Source: an uncultured Nitrososphaerota archaeon (GTDB lineage Archaea; Thermoproteota; Nitrososphaeria; Nitrososphaerales; Gagatemarchaeaceae). Taken from it: a DNA stretch of 24,000 bases. Shown here piece by piece: positions 1 through 7,755 of the stretch (the first letter of the stretch is position 1; the number at the start of each line of letters is the position of its first letter). Under the pieces are notes generated by a model. That model searched no databases. It worked only from the letters and a program-made list of their open reading frames with translations, and was not told the DNA's origin. The stretch is taken from assembly GCA_963718895.1 (NCBI GenBank), contig CAVRAG010000007.1:435988-459987 (forward strand), read 5' to 3'. A program made the position numbers and the translations under genes.

Positions 1-80
1 GCCTTGACCCGGGTCTCCATCTCAGCGAACTTGTCGCCGATGAGCTTCCCGCAGGTGAAACAGCGGATGGGGACTAGCAA
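1..80 (-). CDS. rpoN: DNA-directed RNA polymerase subunit N (Rpo10), N-terminal part only; continues beyond window start
   Basis: Not in the ORF track because it is truncated. Reverse-strand translation from TTG at 80..78 gives [27 protein letters not shown], the CxxC zinc-ribbon N-terminus of archaeal RpoN. It lies 7 nt downstream of the S9 stop, matching the canonical S9-RpoN order. Confidence 0.8.
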   Translation of the reverse strand, partial: MLVPIRCFTCGKLIGDKFAEMETRVK

Positions 81-87
81 TCGATTC

Positions 88-510
88 TCACCGATAACTC
101 TTCTGCCGCTTCCGCCTGGCGCCCGGGCCCCCGAACTTCTTCGGCTCGGTCTGCCTCGGGTCTCCGGAGAGCAGGTACTTGCTGTAGGCCGTGATCTTGT
201 CCCTGAGGTCGGCCCCCTTTGTCTGGTCGACGTAGGCCCTTGCGAGAGACATGGCGACCGCGTCGGCCTGGCTCATGAACCCCCCGCCGGAGACGTTGAC
301 ATCGATGTCGTACTTCTCCCTGAAGTCTCCGACCAGCATCACCGGCGAGAGCATGTGAAGCCTCGCGACCTCGGGCTCGCAGATCTCGAGCGGGACCCCG
401 TTGACCCGGATGCGCCCCTGGCCCGCTCGTATCGCCGCTGTGGCCCTGGACGTCTTCCTTGAGCCTGCGTATAGCTTCGGCTTCGTTCGCTGCTTGGACT
501 GCGACACCAT
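88..510 (-). CDS. rps9: 30S ribosomal protein S9 (uS9)
   Basis: 140 aa with an ATG start. The translation has a basic C-terminal tail ...[14 protein letters not shown], an internal [12 protein letters not shown] block typical of uS9, and the expected position after L13. Confidence 0.95.
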   Translation of the reverse strand: MVSQSKQRTKPKLYAGSRKTSRATAAIRAGQGRIRVNGVPLEICEPEVARLHMLSPVMLVGDFREKYDIDVNVSGGGFMSQADAVAMSLARAYVDQTKGADLRDKITAYSKYLLSGDPRQTEPKKFGGPGARRKRQKSYR

Positions 511-511
511 T

Positions 512-967
512 TTAACCAGACCACCCTATGTTCTTCGCGATCTCCGCTATCGTAGTGTAGCTCGGGAGCGGCCTCGTGGCGAGCGCGTCGTCGAACTTGC
601 TCGTCTTCACTCCGGAGTACTTCTCCGGCACGCCCATGTAGACGCGGAGGCGCCCCATCGCGCTCGTGCCCTTCGCCTTGGTCTTCGGGACCATCCCGCG
701 GACCATCCTGCGGAGGATGTTGTCGGGGCGTCGCGGGTGTATCGGCCCGTAGATCGGGTTGACGTGGCTGTATATCTCGAGCCTCGCCTGCCACTGTCGG
801 AAGACGCTCTGGCTGTTTCCGGAGACGAGCGCGTTCTCTGCGTTCAGGACGACGACCTTCTTGCCCGAGAGAAGCTCGAGCGCCACCTTGGAGCACATGC
901 GCCCGGCTATCTGGCCCGATGCGTCGACGTAGATCGTGTTCTGTTCACTTGACAAGTCTGACACCAC
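512..967 (-). CDS. rpl13: 50S ribosomal protein L13 (uL13)
   Basis: 151 aa with a GTG start. The translation ...IYVDASGQIAGRMCSKVALELLSGKKVVVLNAE... is the uL13 N-terminal signature. The stop lies 1 nt before the S9 ATG. Confidence 0.95.
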   Translation of the reverse strand: MVSDLSSEQNTIYVDASGQIAGRMCSKVALELLSGKKVVVLNAENALVSGNSQSVFRQWQARLEIYSHVNPIYGPIHPRRPDNILRRMVRGMVPKTKAKGTSAMGRLRVYMGVPEKYSGVKTSKFDDALATRPLPSYTTIAEIAKNIGWSG

Positions 968-1295
968 TCCCCTTGGGGAACCTCTTCACGAACTCCTCTA
1001 TCGTGAGCGCCTCTCCGCCGGCCGTCTCAATCTTCATCCTCGCCGCGGCCGAGAACGAGAACGCACCCACGACGAGTTTCTTCTCGAGCGGGCCGGAGCC
1101 GAGGACCTTGCCGGGGACGAAGAGCGGGCCGTCGCCAGCGTCGGCGCGGGCGAGATGGGCGACGTTGACGAACGTCTCGTTGAGCGCGCTGGCGCCAAGG
1201 TAGGCCGCCGCGTCCCTCCATATCCCTATCTTCTCCTTCCGCCCGAGCCTCTCAAGCATCACGGCCTGACTCCTCAGGATTTTATTCGACTTCAT
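945..1295 (-). CDS. rpl18e: 50S ribosomal protein L18e (eL18)
   Basis: The internal ATG at 1295 of ORF 945..1706 gives the 116-aa MKSNKILRSQAVMLERLGRKEKIGIWRDAAAYL... The upstream part of the long ORF is Arg/Gly junk overlapping rpoD. There is an ATGA overlap with the rpoD stop (1292..1295). Confidence 0.9.
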   Translation of the reverse strand: MKSNKILRSQAVMLERLGRKEKIGIWRDAAAYLGASALNETFVNVAHLARADAGDGPLFVPGKVLGSGPLEKKLVVGAFSFSAAARMKIETAGGEALTIEEFVKRFPKGSGVRLVK

Positions 1296-1915
1296 TCTGC
1301 TTTGGCAACCTCCACCTTGCTGCTGACCTCGTTGTGCAGGTCCTGGAACTTCTCCTCGAGCTTCTCTATCGCCCTCGTCACGATCTCCTTGGCGGGCATC
1401 GACCCCGAACTCTCGACCTTCAGTATGTAGGAGCCCTCTGGCTTGCCCTCGATGAGGACCGATACAGTCGCCGGCTGCCACTTGGCGTGCTCCTTCGCCC
1501 TTCCGAGGCGGGCGTAGGCCTCGAGCTTGACGGACTGGCCCGCGGCGAGCTTCACTATGGGGATGTTCGCGCTGACGGGCCTGATCTCCCTGTCCTCGGA
1601 GACCAAGTCGCCCGAGAGGACCGTCCGGGGCTTGTCGTGGGCGGCAGCGTCGAGGACTATCAGCACCCTGCACTTCTGGCACCCGAGAGGGTTGCCGCAG
1701 TCGCATTTCTCGGGGAGGACGTAGCGCTCGAGGTCCGTCCGGAGAGGGATCATGCCGAGCCTGTGCGCGAGTATCTCGTCGTAAAGGACGGAGGAGTTCT
1801 CCAGTATGACGATGTCGTCGATCGCCATCGCCGGGACCTCGGAGATGCAGAAGCGCCTGATGGCGTTGGCGTAGGACCTGTCCACACCCTCAAGCTGCAA
1901 CTGAGACCTTCTCAT
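1292..1915 (-). CDS. rpoD: DNA-directed RNA polymerase subunit D (Rpo3)
   Basis: 207 aa. The translation contains ...YANAIRRFCISEVPAMAIDDIVILENSSVLYDEILAHRLGMIPL... and a CDCGNPLGCQKC four-Cys loop analogous to the Rpb3 zinc loop. This is a short form with no extra Fe-S domain. Confidence 0.92.
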   Translation of the reverse strand: MRRSQLQLEGVDRSYANAIRRFCISEVPAMAIDDIVILENSSVLYDEILAHRLGMIPLRTDLERYVLPEKCDCGNPLGCQKCRVLIVLDAAAHDKPRTVLSGDLVSEDREIRPVSANIPIVKLAAGQSVKLEAYARLGRAKEHAKWQPATVSVLIEGKPEGSYILKVESSGSMPAKEIVTRAIEKLEEKFQDLHNEVSSKVEVAKAE

Positions 1916-2012
1916 CGCTCTCCTCGAGCACTTTTATCTTGGGAACAACCACTGCTAACAATCACTCCGGCGAACTAGAGTTTCACGAGGGTTGGAGTGG
2001 GGTTTAAAAGCA

Positions 2013-2023
2013 TTCACGCCTGC
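2013..2023. repeat. Direct repeat copy 1, TTCACGCCTGC
   Basis: An exact 11-mer lying 34 nt beyond the stop of the inserted secreted-protein gene. It is identical to 3135..3145. Confidence 0.7.
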
Positions 2024-2056
2024 TTCGGTTCTGAAGTCCGCCAGGACCGGGGAAGA

Positions 2057-3091
2057 CTAGCAGTAGAACGTGATTATCCAGCCCTGCTGTCCACCATACG
2101 TCCCGTAGGAGCCTCCCCAGCCCTGTTGCATGGGCGCGGGAACCGCGCCCTGTGTCCCCGCGAAGAAGTAGCTGCTCCACGTCCCTCCGCCAAGGTTGCC
2201 GCTGGGAGCGAGCCAGGTGTTCCCATATGCGTCCGAAAAGGTAGCGCCCGCTGGCATGGGGACCCCTCCGAGCGTACTCGGACAGACGGGAGCCGAGGAG
2301 GGTTGGGGATAGTTGAGAGCCAGCCCTGACTCAGTCCAGAAGAGGGCGCCCGAACCGAGCGTTCCCGGGAACGTCGTCGGCGACGTGACTCCGCTCAAGG
2401 AGTATTCGGCGAATCCTAGCCCCGACCCGGAAGAGGGGGTAGAAGCGGTGAAGCCTGTGCCGGCCGTGAACGCTGGGTCCAGCAGTTCGATGCTGACGAC
2501 ACCGAGGAGGAAGGCCTGTTGCGTGAAGGAGGTAGGGGTCGTTGAGACCGGAGTGCCAAGGATGTCCGGAACGGGCGCTGCGTCAGAGGTGAACGTGGGA
2601 GCCAACAGCGGGAATCCTGCGCCTGTGCCCGTTGTGGCGCCCGCTGTAGTCACGCCGGAGAGCTCGTAGATGAATATGTCAAGGCCTGCCGGGTCCCCCC
2701 CGTTGTTGACGGTGACCGTAACTGTGTCCGCGCCGCTCGAGGATGCGGTCGCGTAGAAGATCCCCGAGCAGCTAGCCTGAGCGGGGGCGAGGCACCTGTC
2801 CACGGCGAAGATGTAGCTGGAATCCAAGGTATCGCTGACGCTGAAGGACTGAGGGTCCCCCGTTGGTTCGAAGGTACTCGCAGCGCCCACGACGATCAAG
2901 TCCCCGCTCGCCACATGCTCACCGAATGTAGCGGTCGACGACGTGCTTTCGCAGGAGCTGCATCCTCCGCTCGCCTGCTGGACCAGGGGTCCGCCCACGC
3001 CAGCGTGCACGGACAGGGGCGAGGCCAAGGCGAGGCAGCTTAACAGGGCTAGTACGGCGACTGAGACCGGCGCTTTACTTGGAATCAGCAA
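2057..3091 (-). CDS. Secreted or cell-surface protein of unknown function (signal peptide, Ser/Thr/Gly-rich)
   Basis: 344 aa with a TTG start. The N-terminus MLIPSKAPVSVAVLALLSCLALASPLSVHA looks like a signal peptide, with either VHA-type cleavage or a lipobox-like LLSC. The body looks like a beta-sandwich (GDLIVVGAAS...IFYATASSSGADTVTVTV...IFIYELSGV) and it ends ...GWIITFYC. I recognised no catalytic motif. Confidence 0.6.
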   Translation of the reverse strand: MLIPSKAPVSVAVLALLSCLALASPLSVHAGVGGPLVQQASGGCSSCESTSSTATFGEHVASGDLIVVGAASTFEPTGDPQSFSVSDTLDSSYIFAVDRCLAPAQASCSGIFYATASSSGADTVTVTVNNGGDPAGLDIFIYELSGVTTAGATTGTGAGFPLLAPTFTSDAAPVPDILGTPVSTTPTSFTQQAFLLGVVSIELLDPAFTAGTGFTASTPSSGSGLGFAEYSLSGVTSPTTFPGTLGSGALFWTESGLALNYPQPSSAPVCPSTLGGVPMPAGATFSDAYGNTWLAPSGNLGGGTWSSYFFAGTQGAVPAPMQQGWGGSYGTYGGQQGWIITFYC

Positions 3092-3115
3092 GATACGGAA
3101 CTGACGTCCTGTCTG

Positions 3116-3122
3116 TATTTAA
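3116..3122 (-). promoter_or_regulatory. TATA-like box for the secreted-protein gene
   Basis: The minus strand reads TTAAATA, centred about 28 nt upstream of TTG 3091. This implies a leaderless mRNA. Confidence 0.4.
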
Positions 3123-3134
3123 CGAGTTCGCACT

Positions 3135-3145
3135 TTCACGCCTGC
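3135..3145. repeat. Direct repeat copy 2, TTCACGCCTGC
   Basis: An exact 11-mer lying 44 nt upstream of the TTG start of the inserted gene. It is identical to 2013..2023. Confidence 0.7.
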
Positions 3146-3277
3146 AGTCGAGCCGTCTGAGCACTCTTCGTGTCGCTTGACCGACGCGACCCTGGAGGAC
3201 AGGTGTTGACTGCCCACCCAAAGAGAAACAGGGCAAACACGCCATCGACCTCAGCTAGTTCAGCAAGAGTCGATTCC

Positions 3278-3682
3278 TTACGCTCTTCTTCCCCTGCGTC
3301 CACCCTTCTTTCTGGTGGTGTCGTGAGGGATCGGTGTGGCGTCCTCTATGCGCCCGATCCTAAAGCCCGAGCGGGCGATGGCCCTGATGGCCGCCTGCGC
3401 GCCCGGACCGGGCGTCCTGGGACCCGTGCCGCCGACAGCTCTGACCTTGATGTGGACCGCCGTTATTCCCTTCCCCTTTGCGACTTCTGAAGCCGCCGAC
3501 GCGGACCGCATCGCGGCATAGGGCGAGGCCTCGAACCTGTCTGCCTTTACGTGCCTGCCTCCCGAGGAGAACGATATCGTCTCGGCGCCGGTGAGGTCGG
3601 TGATGTGGACGATGGTGTTGTTATAGCTGCTGTAGATGTGCACAACGGCCCAACGATCTTTCAGAAACTCTTCTTCTGACAA
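3278..3682 (-). CDS. rps11: 30S ribosomal protein S11 (uS11)
   Basis: 134 aa with a TTG start. The translation reads ...[32 protein letters not shown]...SPYAAM...[11 protein letters not shown]...[30 protein letters not shown]. Confidence 0.95.
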   Translation of the reverse strand: MSEEEFLKDRWAVVHIYSSYNNTIVHITDLTGAETISFSSGGRHVKADRFEASPYAAMRSASAASEVAKGKGITAVHIKVRAVGGTGPRTPGPGAQAAIRAIARSGFRIGRIEDATPIPHDTTRKKGGRRGRRA

Positions 3683-3688
3683 TCCCTA

Positions 3689-4252
3689 TCACTTGCCCTC
3701 GGCCTGCGGCTCGGTCGCCGTCTCTGGGGCCGCAGGAGGTGCCTGCTCCGGCTTGGGCTCGGCGACCTTGGGGACCCCGATGCCACCCGTGAGCTGGATC
3801 CTCTGCTCGTCCTCCGCCGTGACGTGGTAGCCCGGTACCGACACGACCCGGTCGCCTATCTTCACGTGCCTGTGGACTATGAGCTGCCGGGCCTGTGCGG
3901 GCGATACTGCGCTGCCTCTCTTGTAGATGACCGTCTGGAGCCTCCTGCTCAGCATGTCCTCGACGCTGAGGCTGAGCACGTCGTCAAGTATCATGCCGGC
4001 CGAAAGGAGCCCCTTCTTCAGCAGGCTGTCGAGGAGCTTGCCTTCCTCGCGGGTGCGGACGACCTGAGGCGCGGCCAGAAGCCTCCTCGCCTGCTTGCGT
4101 ATGGAGCTGAGCTGAGACTGGGCCTTCCAGAGCTCGCGCTTGTTCCTGAGACCGTAGCTGCCGAGGAGGTAGAGTTCTTGGGCGAGTTGGTCGGAACGCC
4201 AGGGGCTTCTTGGTGTGGACCACGTCCTGCGTGGCCTTCGAGGATCTCCCAT
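3689..4252 (-). CDS. rps4: 30S ribosomal protein S4 (uS4), with a Pro/Glu/Ala-rich C-terminal tail
   Basis: 187 aa. The translation reads MGDPRRPRRTWSTPRSPW...YGLRNKRELWKAQSQL...RRLQTVIYKRG...ARQLIVHRHVKIGDRVV. The roughly 30-aa tail is low complexity. Confidence 0.95.
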   Translation of the reverse strand: MGDPRRPRRTWSTPRSPWRSDQLAQELYLLGSYGLRNKRELWKAQSQLSSIRKQARRLLAAPQVVRTREEGKLLDSLLKKGLLSAGMILDDVLSLSVEDMLSRRLQTVIYKRGSAVSPAQARQLIVHRHVKIGDRVVSVPGYHVTAEDEQRIQLTGGIGVPKVAEPKPEQAPPAAPETATEPQAEGK

Positions 4253-4264
4253 CTAGGCTTGCAC

Positions 4265-4765
4265 CTACTTCTTCTCCTTCTCTTCTGCCGCGCCCTTTGC
4301 TGCGTTGGCCGCTGCCTGGAGCGCGGACTTCCTCACACCCACGGTCCGTCCCTTCCTCCCCGTGGTGCGGGTCCTCTGTCCTCTGACCTTGAGACCGAGC
4401 CCGTGCCTCACCCCCCGCCAGCTCTGGACGTTCTTCTCCCTGTCGAGGTCCGTCTTGAGCGCAAAGTCGAGGTCCGGACCGACGAGCTGCTTCGTCTCAC
4501 CCGTCTCCGGGTCCCTCCGCCTGTTCAGGGCCCACTGAGGCACCTTCAGAGATGAGCCGTCTATCAGGACCTTCTCGAGCTCCTTCAGCTGAGACTCGCT
4601 GAGTGTCCCGAGCCTGGCCCTGGGGTCCAGCCCTAGGCTGTTGACTATGGCCTGGGCAAAGTTGTCCCCGACGCCCTTCAGGTCGGCGATGGCGGGAATG
4701 AGCTTCTTCCGACCCTCTAGGTCCTTCCCCCTAATCCTAACTAGGTACCTGAACTCCGACGACAA
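4265..4765 (-). CDS. rps13: 30S ribosomal protein S13 (uS13)
   Basis: 166 aa with a TTG start. The translation reads ...FRYLVRIRGKDLEGRKKLIPAIADLKGVG...WRGVRHGLGLKVRGQRTRTTGRKGRTVGV. Confidence 0.95.
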   Translation of the reverse strand: MSSEFRYLVRIRGKDLEGRKKLIPAIADLKGVGDNFAQAIVNSLGLDPRARLGTLSESQLKELEKVLIDGSSLKVPQWALNRRRDPETGETKQLVGPDLDFALKTDLDREKNVQSWRGVRHGLGLKVRGQRTRTTGRKGRTVGVRKSALQAAANAAKGAAEEKEKK

Positions 4766-4796
4766 ATCAGTATCTGGTCAGCCCTTAACCCTCGGA

Positions 4797-4802
4797 TTAT
4801 AA
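4797..4802 (-). promoter_or_regulatory. TATA-like box for the S13-S4-S11 operon
   Basis: TTATAA sits in an AT-rich patch about 34 nt upstream of the S13 start at 4765. Confidence 0.4.
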
Positions 4803-4824
4803 GAATTGCCCTATCCCGGCGGCG

Positions 4825-5778
4825 CTATCGGTCGGAGGTGGCGTGGAGGACCTCAACGCTGTCAACCTTGCCGTCTCCGTCCAGGTCCATGCCCCGGAGG
4901 ACGACGGCGTACTCCCCTCCCGTGTAGCCTGAGAAGACGTGGGAGGCGAAGTTGGTCATGCCGATGATCGCTGCCTTGGTCCCGGCACCGCTGAGACCTG
5001 CGGCCATGATACAGTACCTATCGTCGTTCCAGGGGTTCCTCACCTTGGCGATGAGCGCCTCCCTCTCCGAGTGGTACCTCGTGCCGGCCTCGTCGACTAT
5101 CGACCCCCAGAAGTTCTCCTCGGAGAACTTTATCGGAAGGTGGGAGTTGATCTCGGCCGAGAGGACGTTGGTGCGGGGGCCCCCCACGATGATCAGGTTG
5201 GACCCTTCGAGCTTCTCGTTCTTGAGGTCGACGTCGAGCTTCACGGGGAACAATCTCGGGAGCCTGACGAACTGGCCCAGTGCGAAGCCAACTTGGATGG
5301 CGTAGTGTCCGTCCCGCCCCTGGGTCCTGTTGGGTCCGTGCGGCTCGGGTGAGCCGACCACTACCCACCCGTCGAGACTCCCCGAGACGATGAACTCGTG
5401 GAGGAACCGGCCCAGGATCGGGGACCTCGACGCCGAGGGGAGACCCGTGAACCGCTCGGCCTTCACCGGGAACTCGACAGCGAATCCGTCGACGGCGAGC
5501 GCGTAAAGGTCGGCTGTCCCGCCCCTGACAACCTTCTGCCCGACCTTCTTCACGAGGCCGGCACTCTCTAGTTTGCGGACGTGATAGTAGACGGTCTGGT
5601 GGTAGACCTTCAGCTCCCTGGCGATGGCGGACGGGTAGCTCGGGCCCCTGGAGAGGAGGCGGAGAATCTTGCTGCCCACGCCGGTGGCCGCGGGGAAGAA
5701 GCTGGTGGGGTCCTCGGAGACCGAGACCCTCTTTCCGGTGGATGCTTCCGTATCCAAGAGGAGACTCTCCCTGCGCAC
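4825..5778 (-). CDS. Winged-helix (ArsR/HTH_20-like) transcriptional regulator fused to a roughly 200-aa uncharacterised C-terminal domain
   Basis: 317 aa with a GTG start. The HTH is SKILRLLSRGPSYPSAIARELKVYHQTVYYHVRKLESAGLVKKV. The C-terminal domain has ...NLIIVGGPRTNVLSAEIN... and ...YCIMAAGLSGAGTKAAIIGMTNF..., reminiscent of archaeal S-layer-type domains. An alternative GTG start at VGSKIL is possible. Confidence 0.7.
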   Translation of the reverse strand: MRRESLLLDTEASTGKRVSVSEDPTSFFPAATGVGSKILRLLSRGPSYPSAIARELKVYHQTVYYHVRKLESAGLVKKVGQKVVRGGTADLYALAVDGFAVEFPVKAERFTGLPSASRSPILGRFLHEFIVSGSLDGWVVVGSPEPHGPNRTQGRDGHYAIQVGFALGQFVRLPRLFPVKLDVDLKNEKLEGSNLIIVGGPRTNVLSAEINSHLPIKFSEENFWGSIVDEAGTRYHSEREALIAKVRNPWNDDRYCIMAAGLSGAGTKAAIIGMTNFASHVFSGYTGGEYAVVLRGMDLDGDGKVDSVEVLHATSDR

Positions 5779-5800
5779 GAAACTGAGGCGATTTCAACAA

Positions 5801-5808
5801 TTATTAAA
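5801..5808 (-). promoter_or_regulatory. TATA-like box for the wHTH regulator
   Basis: The minus strand reads TTTAATAA, centred about 27 nt upstream of GTG 5778 (leaderless geometry). Confidence 0.45.
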
Positions 5809-5864
5809 CGGTTATGCATGGTCCGGGCGCCTCGAACCCGTCCCCTTCAGCGGAGGGTCGGATG

Positions 5865-5886
5865 CATGCAAACGCCCGTTTGCATG
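5865..5886. promoter_or_regulatory. Perfect 22-nt palindrome, candidate operator
   Basis: The sequence is CATGCAAACG-CC-CGTTTGCATG, with 10-bp arms and no mismatches. It lies between the divergent regulator and glmS, about 25 nt upstream of the glmS TATA. A third TGCATGG half-site is at 5815..5821. Confidence 0.55.
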
Positions 5887-5910
5887 GATGGGCCCGCAAC
5901 GCGACGGGTG

Positions 5911-5916
5911 TTATAA
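5911..5916 (+). promoter_or_regulatory. TATA-like box for glmS
   Basis: TTATAA is centred about 33 nt upstream of TTG 5947. Confidence 0.4.
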
Positions 5917-5946
5917 CGGCTGCGGGGCCGGGCTCAAGGAAAGACT

Positions 5947-7713
5947 TTGTGCGGGATAATCGCCGGTATCTCAGATGAAGAAATCGCCCCCATCTTGATC
6001 GAGGGCCTGAGGCGGGTCGAGTACAGGGGATATGACTCGGCCGGCATCGCTACGGTGAGCGACGGGAGGCTCGAGGTGAGGAAGGAGGTCGGGAGGATAG
6101 ATGACCTCGAGAGGGGGTACCACGCCTCCGAGATGGCCGGGCACACGGGCGTGTCTCACACGCGGTGGGCGACCCACGGCGGGGTGACCCAGGCCAACGC
6201 CCATCCGCACGCGTCCTGCGGGAGCACTGTGGCGGTGGTCCACAACGGGATAATAGAGAACTACCTCGAGCTGAAGGAGAGGCTCATCAAGGACGGTCAC
6301 GTCTTCAAGAGCGAGACGGACACCGAGGTGATCTCCCACCTCATCGAGGAGGCCTGCAGGGACGGGAAGGACCCACTGGGCGCCACCCTGAGCACGATCA
6401 GGATGCTCAAGGGTCAGTACGCGATCGTGGTCCTGTTCAGGGACCACCCCGAAGTGCTCATGGGAGCGAGGAACGACGCGCCCCTGGTCGTGGGGGTGGG
6501 CGAGAGAGAGATGTTCCTTGCGAGCGACGTGCTTGCGTTCATTTCAAGGACCGACAGGGCCGTCTTCCTCGACAACATGGAGGTCGTGGAAGTGACGGCG
6601 AGGGGGTACAAGGTCTACAACGCAGACGGGGTCGCAGTGGAGAAGAGCCCGACGCAGCTCGCGTGGGAGCTCTCGGACCTGTCGAAACTGGACTACGCCC
6701 ACTACACCCTCAAGGAAATCCACGAACAGCCGGCGACGGTGCAGCGGGCGATCCTTCAGGACCCCAGAAGGCTCGATCCGTTCGTCCGCGTGATCAAGGG
6801 TGCAAAGTCGCTGCTTCTCACGGCCTCGGGATCCAGCTACCACGCGGCGATGCTCCTGAAGGACAGGCTGAACCGGGAGGCGATGGTCAGGTGTGACGCC
6901 GTCCTGGCGGGCGAGTTCGAGGACCAGGCTCACTTCGTTGGGGAGGGGACCGTTGTCATCGCGTTCAGCCAGAGCGGGGAGACCGCAGACCTCCTCAACG
7001 CGGTCAAGGTGGCGAGGGAGAGGGGCGCGAAGGTGATCTCGGTGGTCAACGCCGCGGGCTCGACCCTCGCCCGGGAGTCGGACGAGGCCCTGCTCCTGAA
7101 CTGCGGACCCGAGGTCGGCGTCGCCGCCACGAAGAGCTTCACGGCCCAGGTGATGGTCGGCAACGTGATAGCGGACGCGGTCATTGGAAGGAACACCGTG
7201 GGAGACCACGAGGAGGTAGGCAGGCTCATAGAGGAGACGCTCCTGTGTGAAGGACAGGTCCGGGAGATAGCGAAGACCTTCAGCGACCGGCCCGACTTCT
7301 ACTTCATCGCCCGCGGGCACCACTTCCCGCTGGCCCTCGAGGGGGCCCTCAAGCTGAAGGAGCTCTCGTACGTACACGCCGAGGGGATGCCCGCCAGCGA
7401 GCTGAAGCACGGTACGCTGGCCCTCATCGAGAAGGGGACGCCGGTCGTCGTCATAGCTCGGGGAGGGGAGGGTTTCGACAGCACCATCTCGAACGCCCTG
7501 GAGCTCTCGGCCAGAGGTGCGGAGGTCATCGGGATCTCTGACAAAGAGCACCCGGTCTTCAGGTACAGGGTTGCGATCCCGTCGTCCAACGAGAGCGTCG
7601 CTCCGATACTCGAGGTGATCCCGCTGCAGCTTCTCGCCTACTTCATGGCGACCGAGCGGAAGAACGACCCCGACTACCCCCGGAACCTGGCGAAATCCGT
7701 CACCGTCAGGTGA
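5947..7713 (+). CDS. glmS: Glutamine--fructose-6-phosphate aminotransferase (isomerising)
   Basis: 588 aa. A TTG start is immediately followed by Cys (CGIIAGIS...), the obligatory N-terminal nucleophile of class-II amidotransferases. There are two SIS domains and the ending ...LAKSVTV(R). Confidence 0.97.
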   Translation: MCGIIAGISDEEIAPILIEGLRRVEYRGYDSAGIATVSDGRLEVRKEVGRIDDLERGYHASEMAGHTGVSHTRWATHGGVTQANAHPHASCGSTVAVVHNGIIENYLELKERLIKDGHVFKSETDTEVISHLIEEACRDGKDPLGATLSTIRMLKGQYAIVVLFRDHPEVLMGARNDAPLVVGVGEREMFLASDVLAFISRTDRAVFLDNMEVVEVTARGYKVYNADGVAVEKSPTQLAWELSDLSKLDYAHYTLKEIHEQPATVQRAILQDPRRLDPFVRVIKGAKSLLLTASGSSYHAAMLLKDRLNREAMVRCDAVLAGEFEDQAHFVGEGTVVIAFSQSGETADLLNAVKVARERGAKVISVVNAAGSTLARESDEALLLNCGPEVGVAATKSFTAQVMVGNVIADAVIGRNTVGDHEEVGRLIEETLLCEGQVREIAKTFSDRPDFYFIARGHHFPLALEGALKLKELSYVHAEGMPASELKHGTLALIEKGTPVVVIARGGEGFDSTISNALELSARGAEVIGISDKEHPVFRYRVAIPSSNESVAPILEVIPLQLLAYFMATERKNDPDYPRNLAKSVTVR

Positions 7714-7755
7714 GTTCTCCGGAGCGGGCGGGCCGCGATCCGGCGCAAACAAAAA

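Noticed and set aside
339-896. Long ORFs antisense to or out of frame with recognised genes. Examples: 4..462+, 339..896-, 401..952+, 1334..1978+, 3824..4555+, 5018..5800-, 6544..7752-, 7706..8737-, 8870..9721+, 9528..10259-, 10222..11262-, 11731..12633-, 12132..13772+, 16209..17015-, 16936..17472-, 18769..19302-, 19767..20414-, 19838..20689+.
   Set aside because: Their translations are Arg/Gly/Pro/Asp-rich low-complexity strings with no motifs. Each overlaps a gene with a clear conserved product. Stop-poor shadow frames are expected at this GC content.
1931-1940. The TATA-like AAGATAAAAG (minus strand) just upstream of rpoD.
   Set aside because: It is centred only about 21 nt from the rpoD ATG, so the predicted TSS would fall inside the coding sequence. 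The more distal TTTTAAA at about 2002..2008 is a better candidate, but I could not support either firmly.
3689-3790. Low-complexity C-terminal tails on S4 (PKVAEPKPEQAPPAAPETATEPQAEGK) and S13 (...AAANAAKGAAEEKEKK) as possible novel extensions.
   Set aside because: Short disordered tails on archaeal r-proteins are common lineage-specific decorations. There is no independent signal of function.
5779-5946. A possible glmS ribozyme or riboswitch upstream of glmS.
   Set aside because: The inferred leader is only a few nucleotides (TATA at 5911..5916, start at 5947). The glmS ribozyme is a bacterial element of roughly 170 nt in the 5' UTR, and I saw nothing resembling its conserved core.
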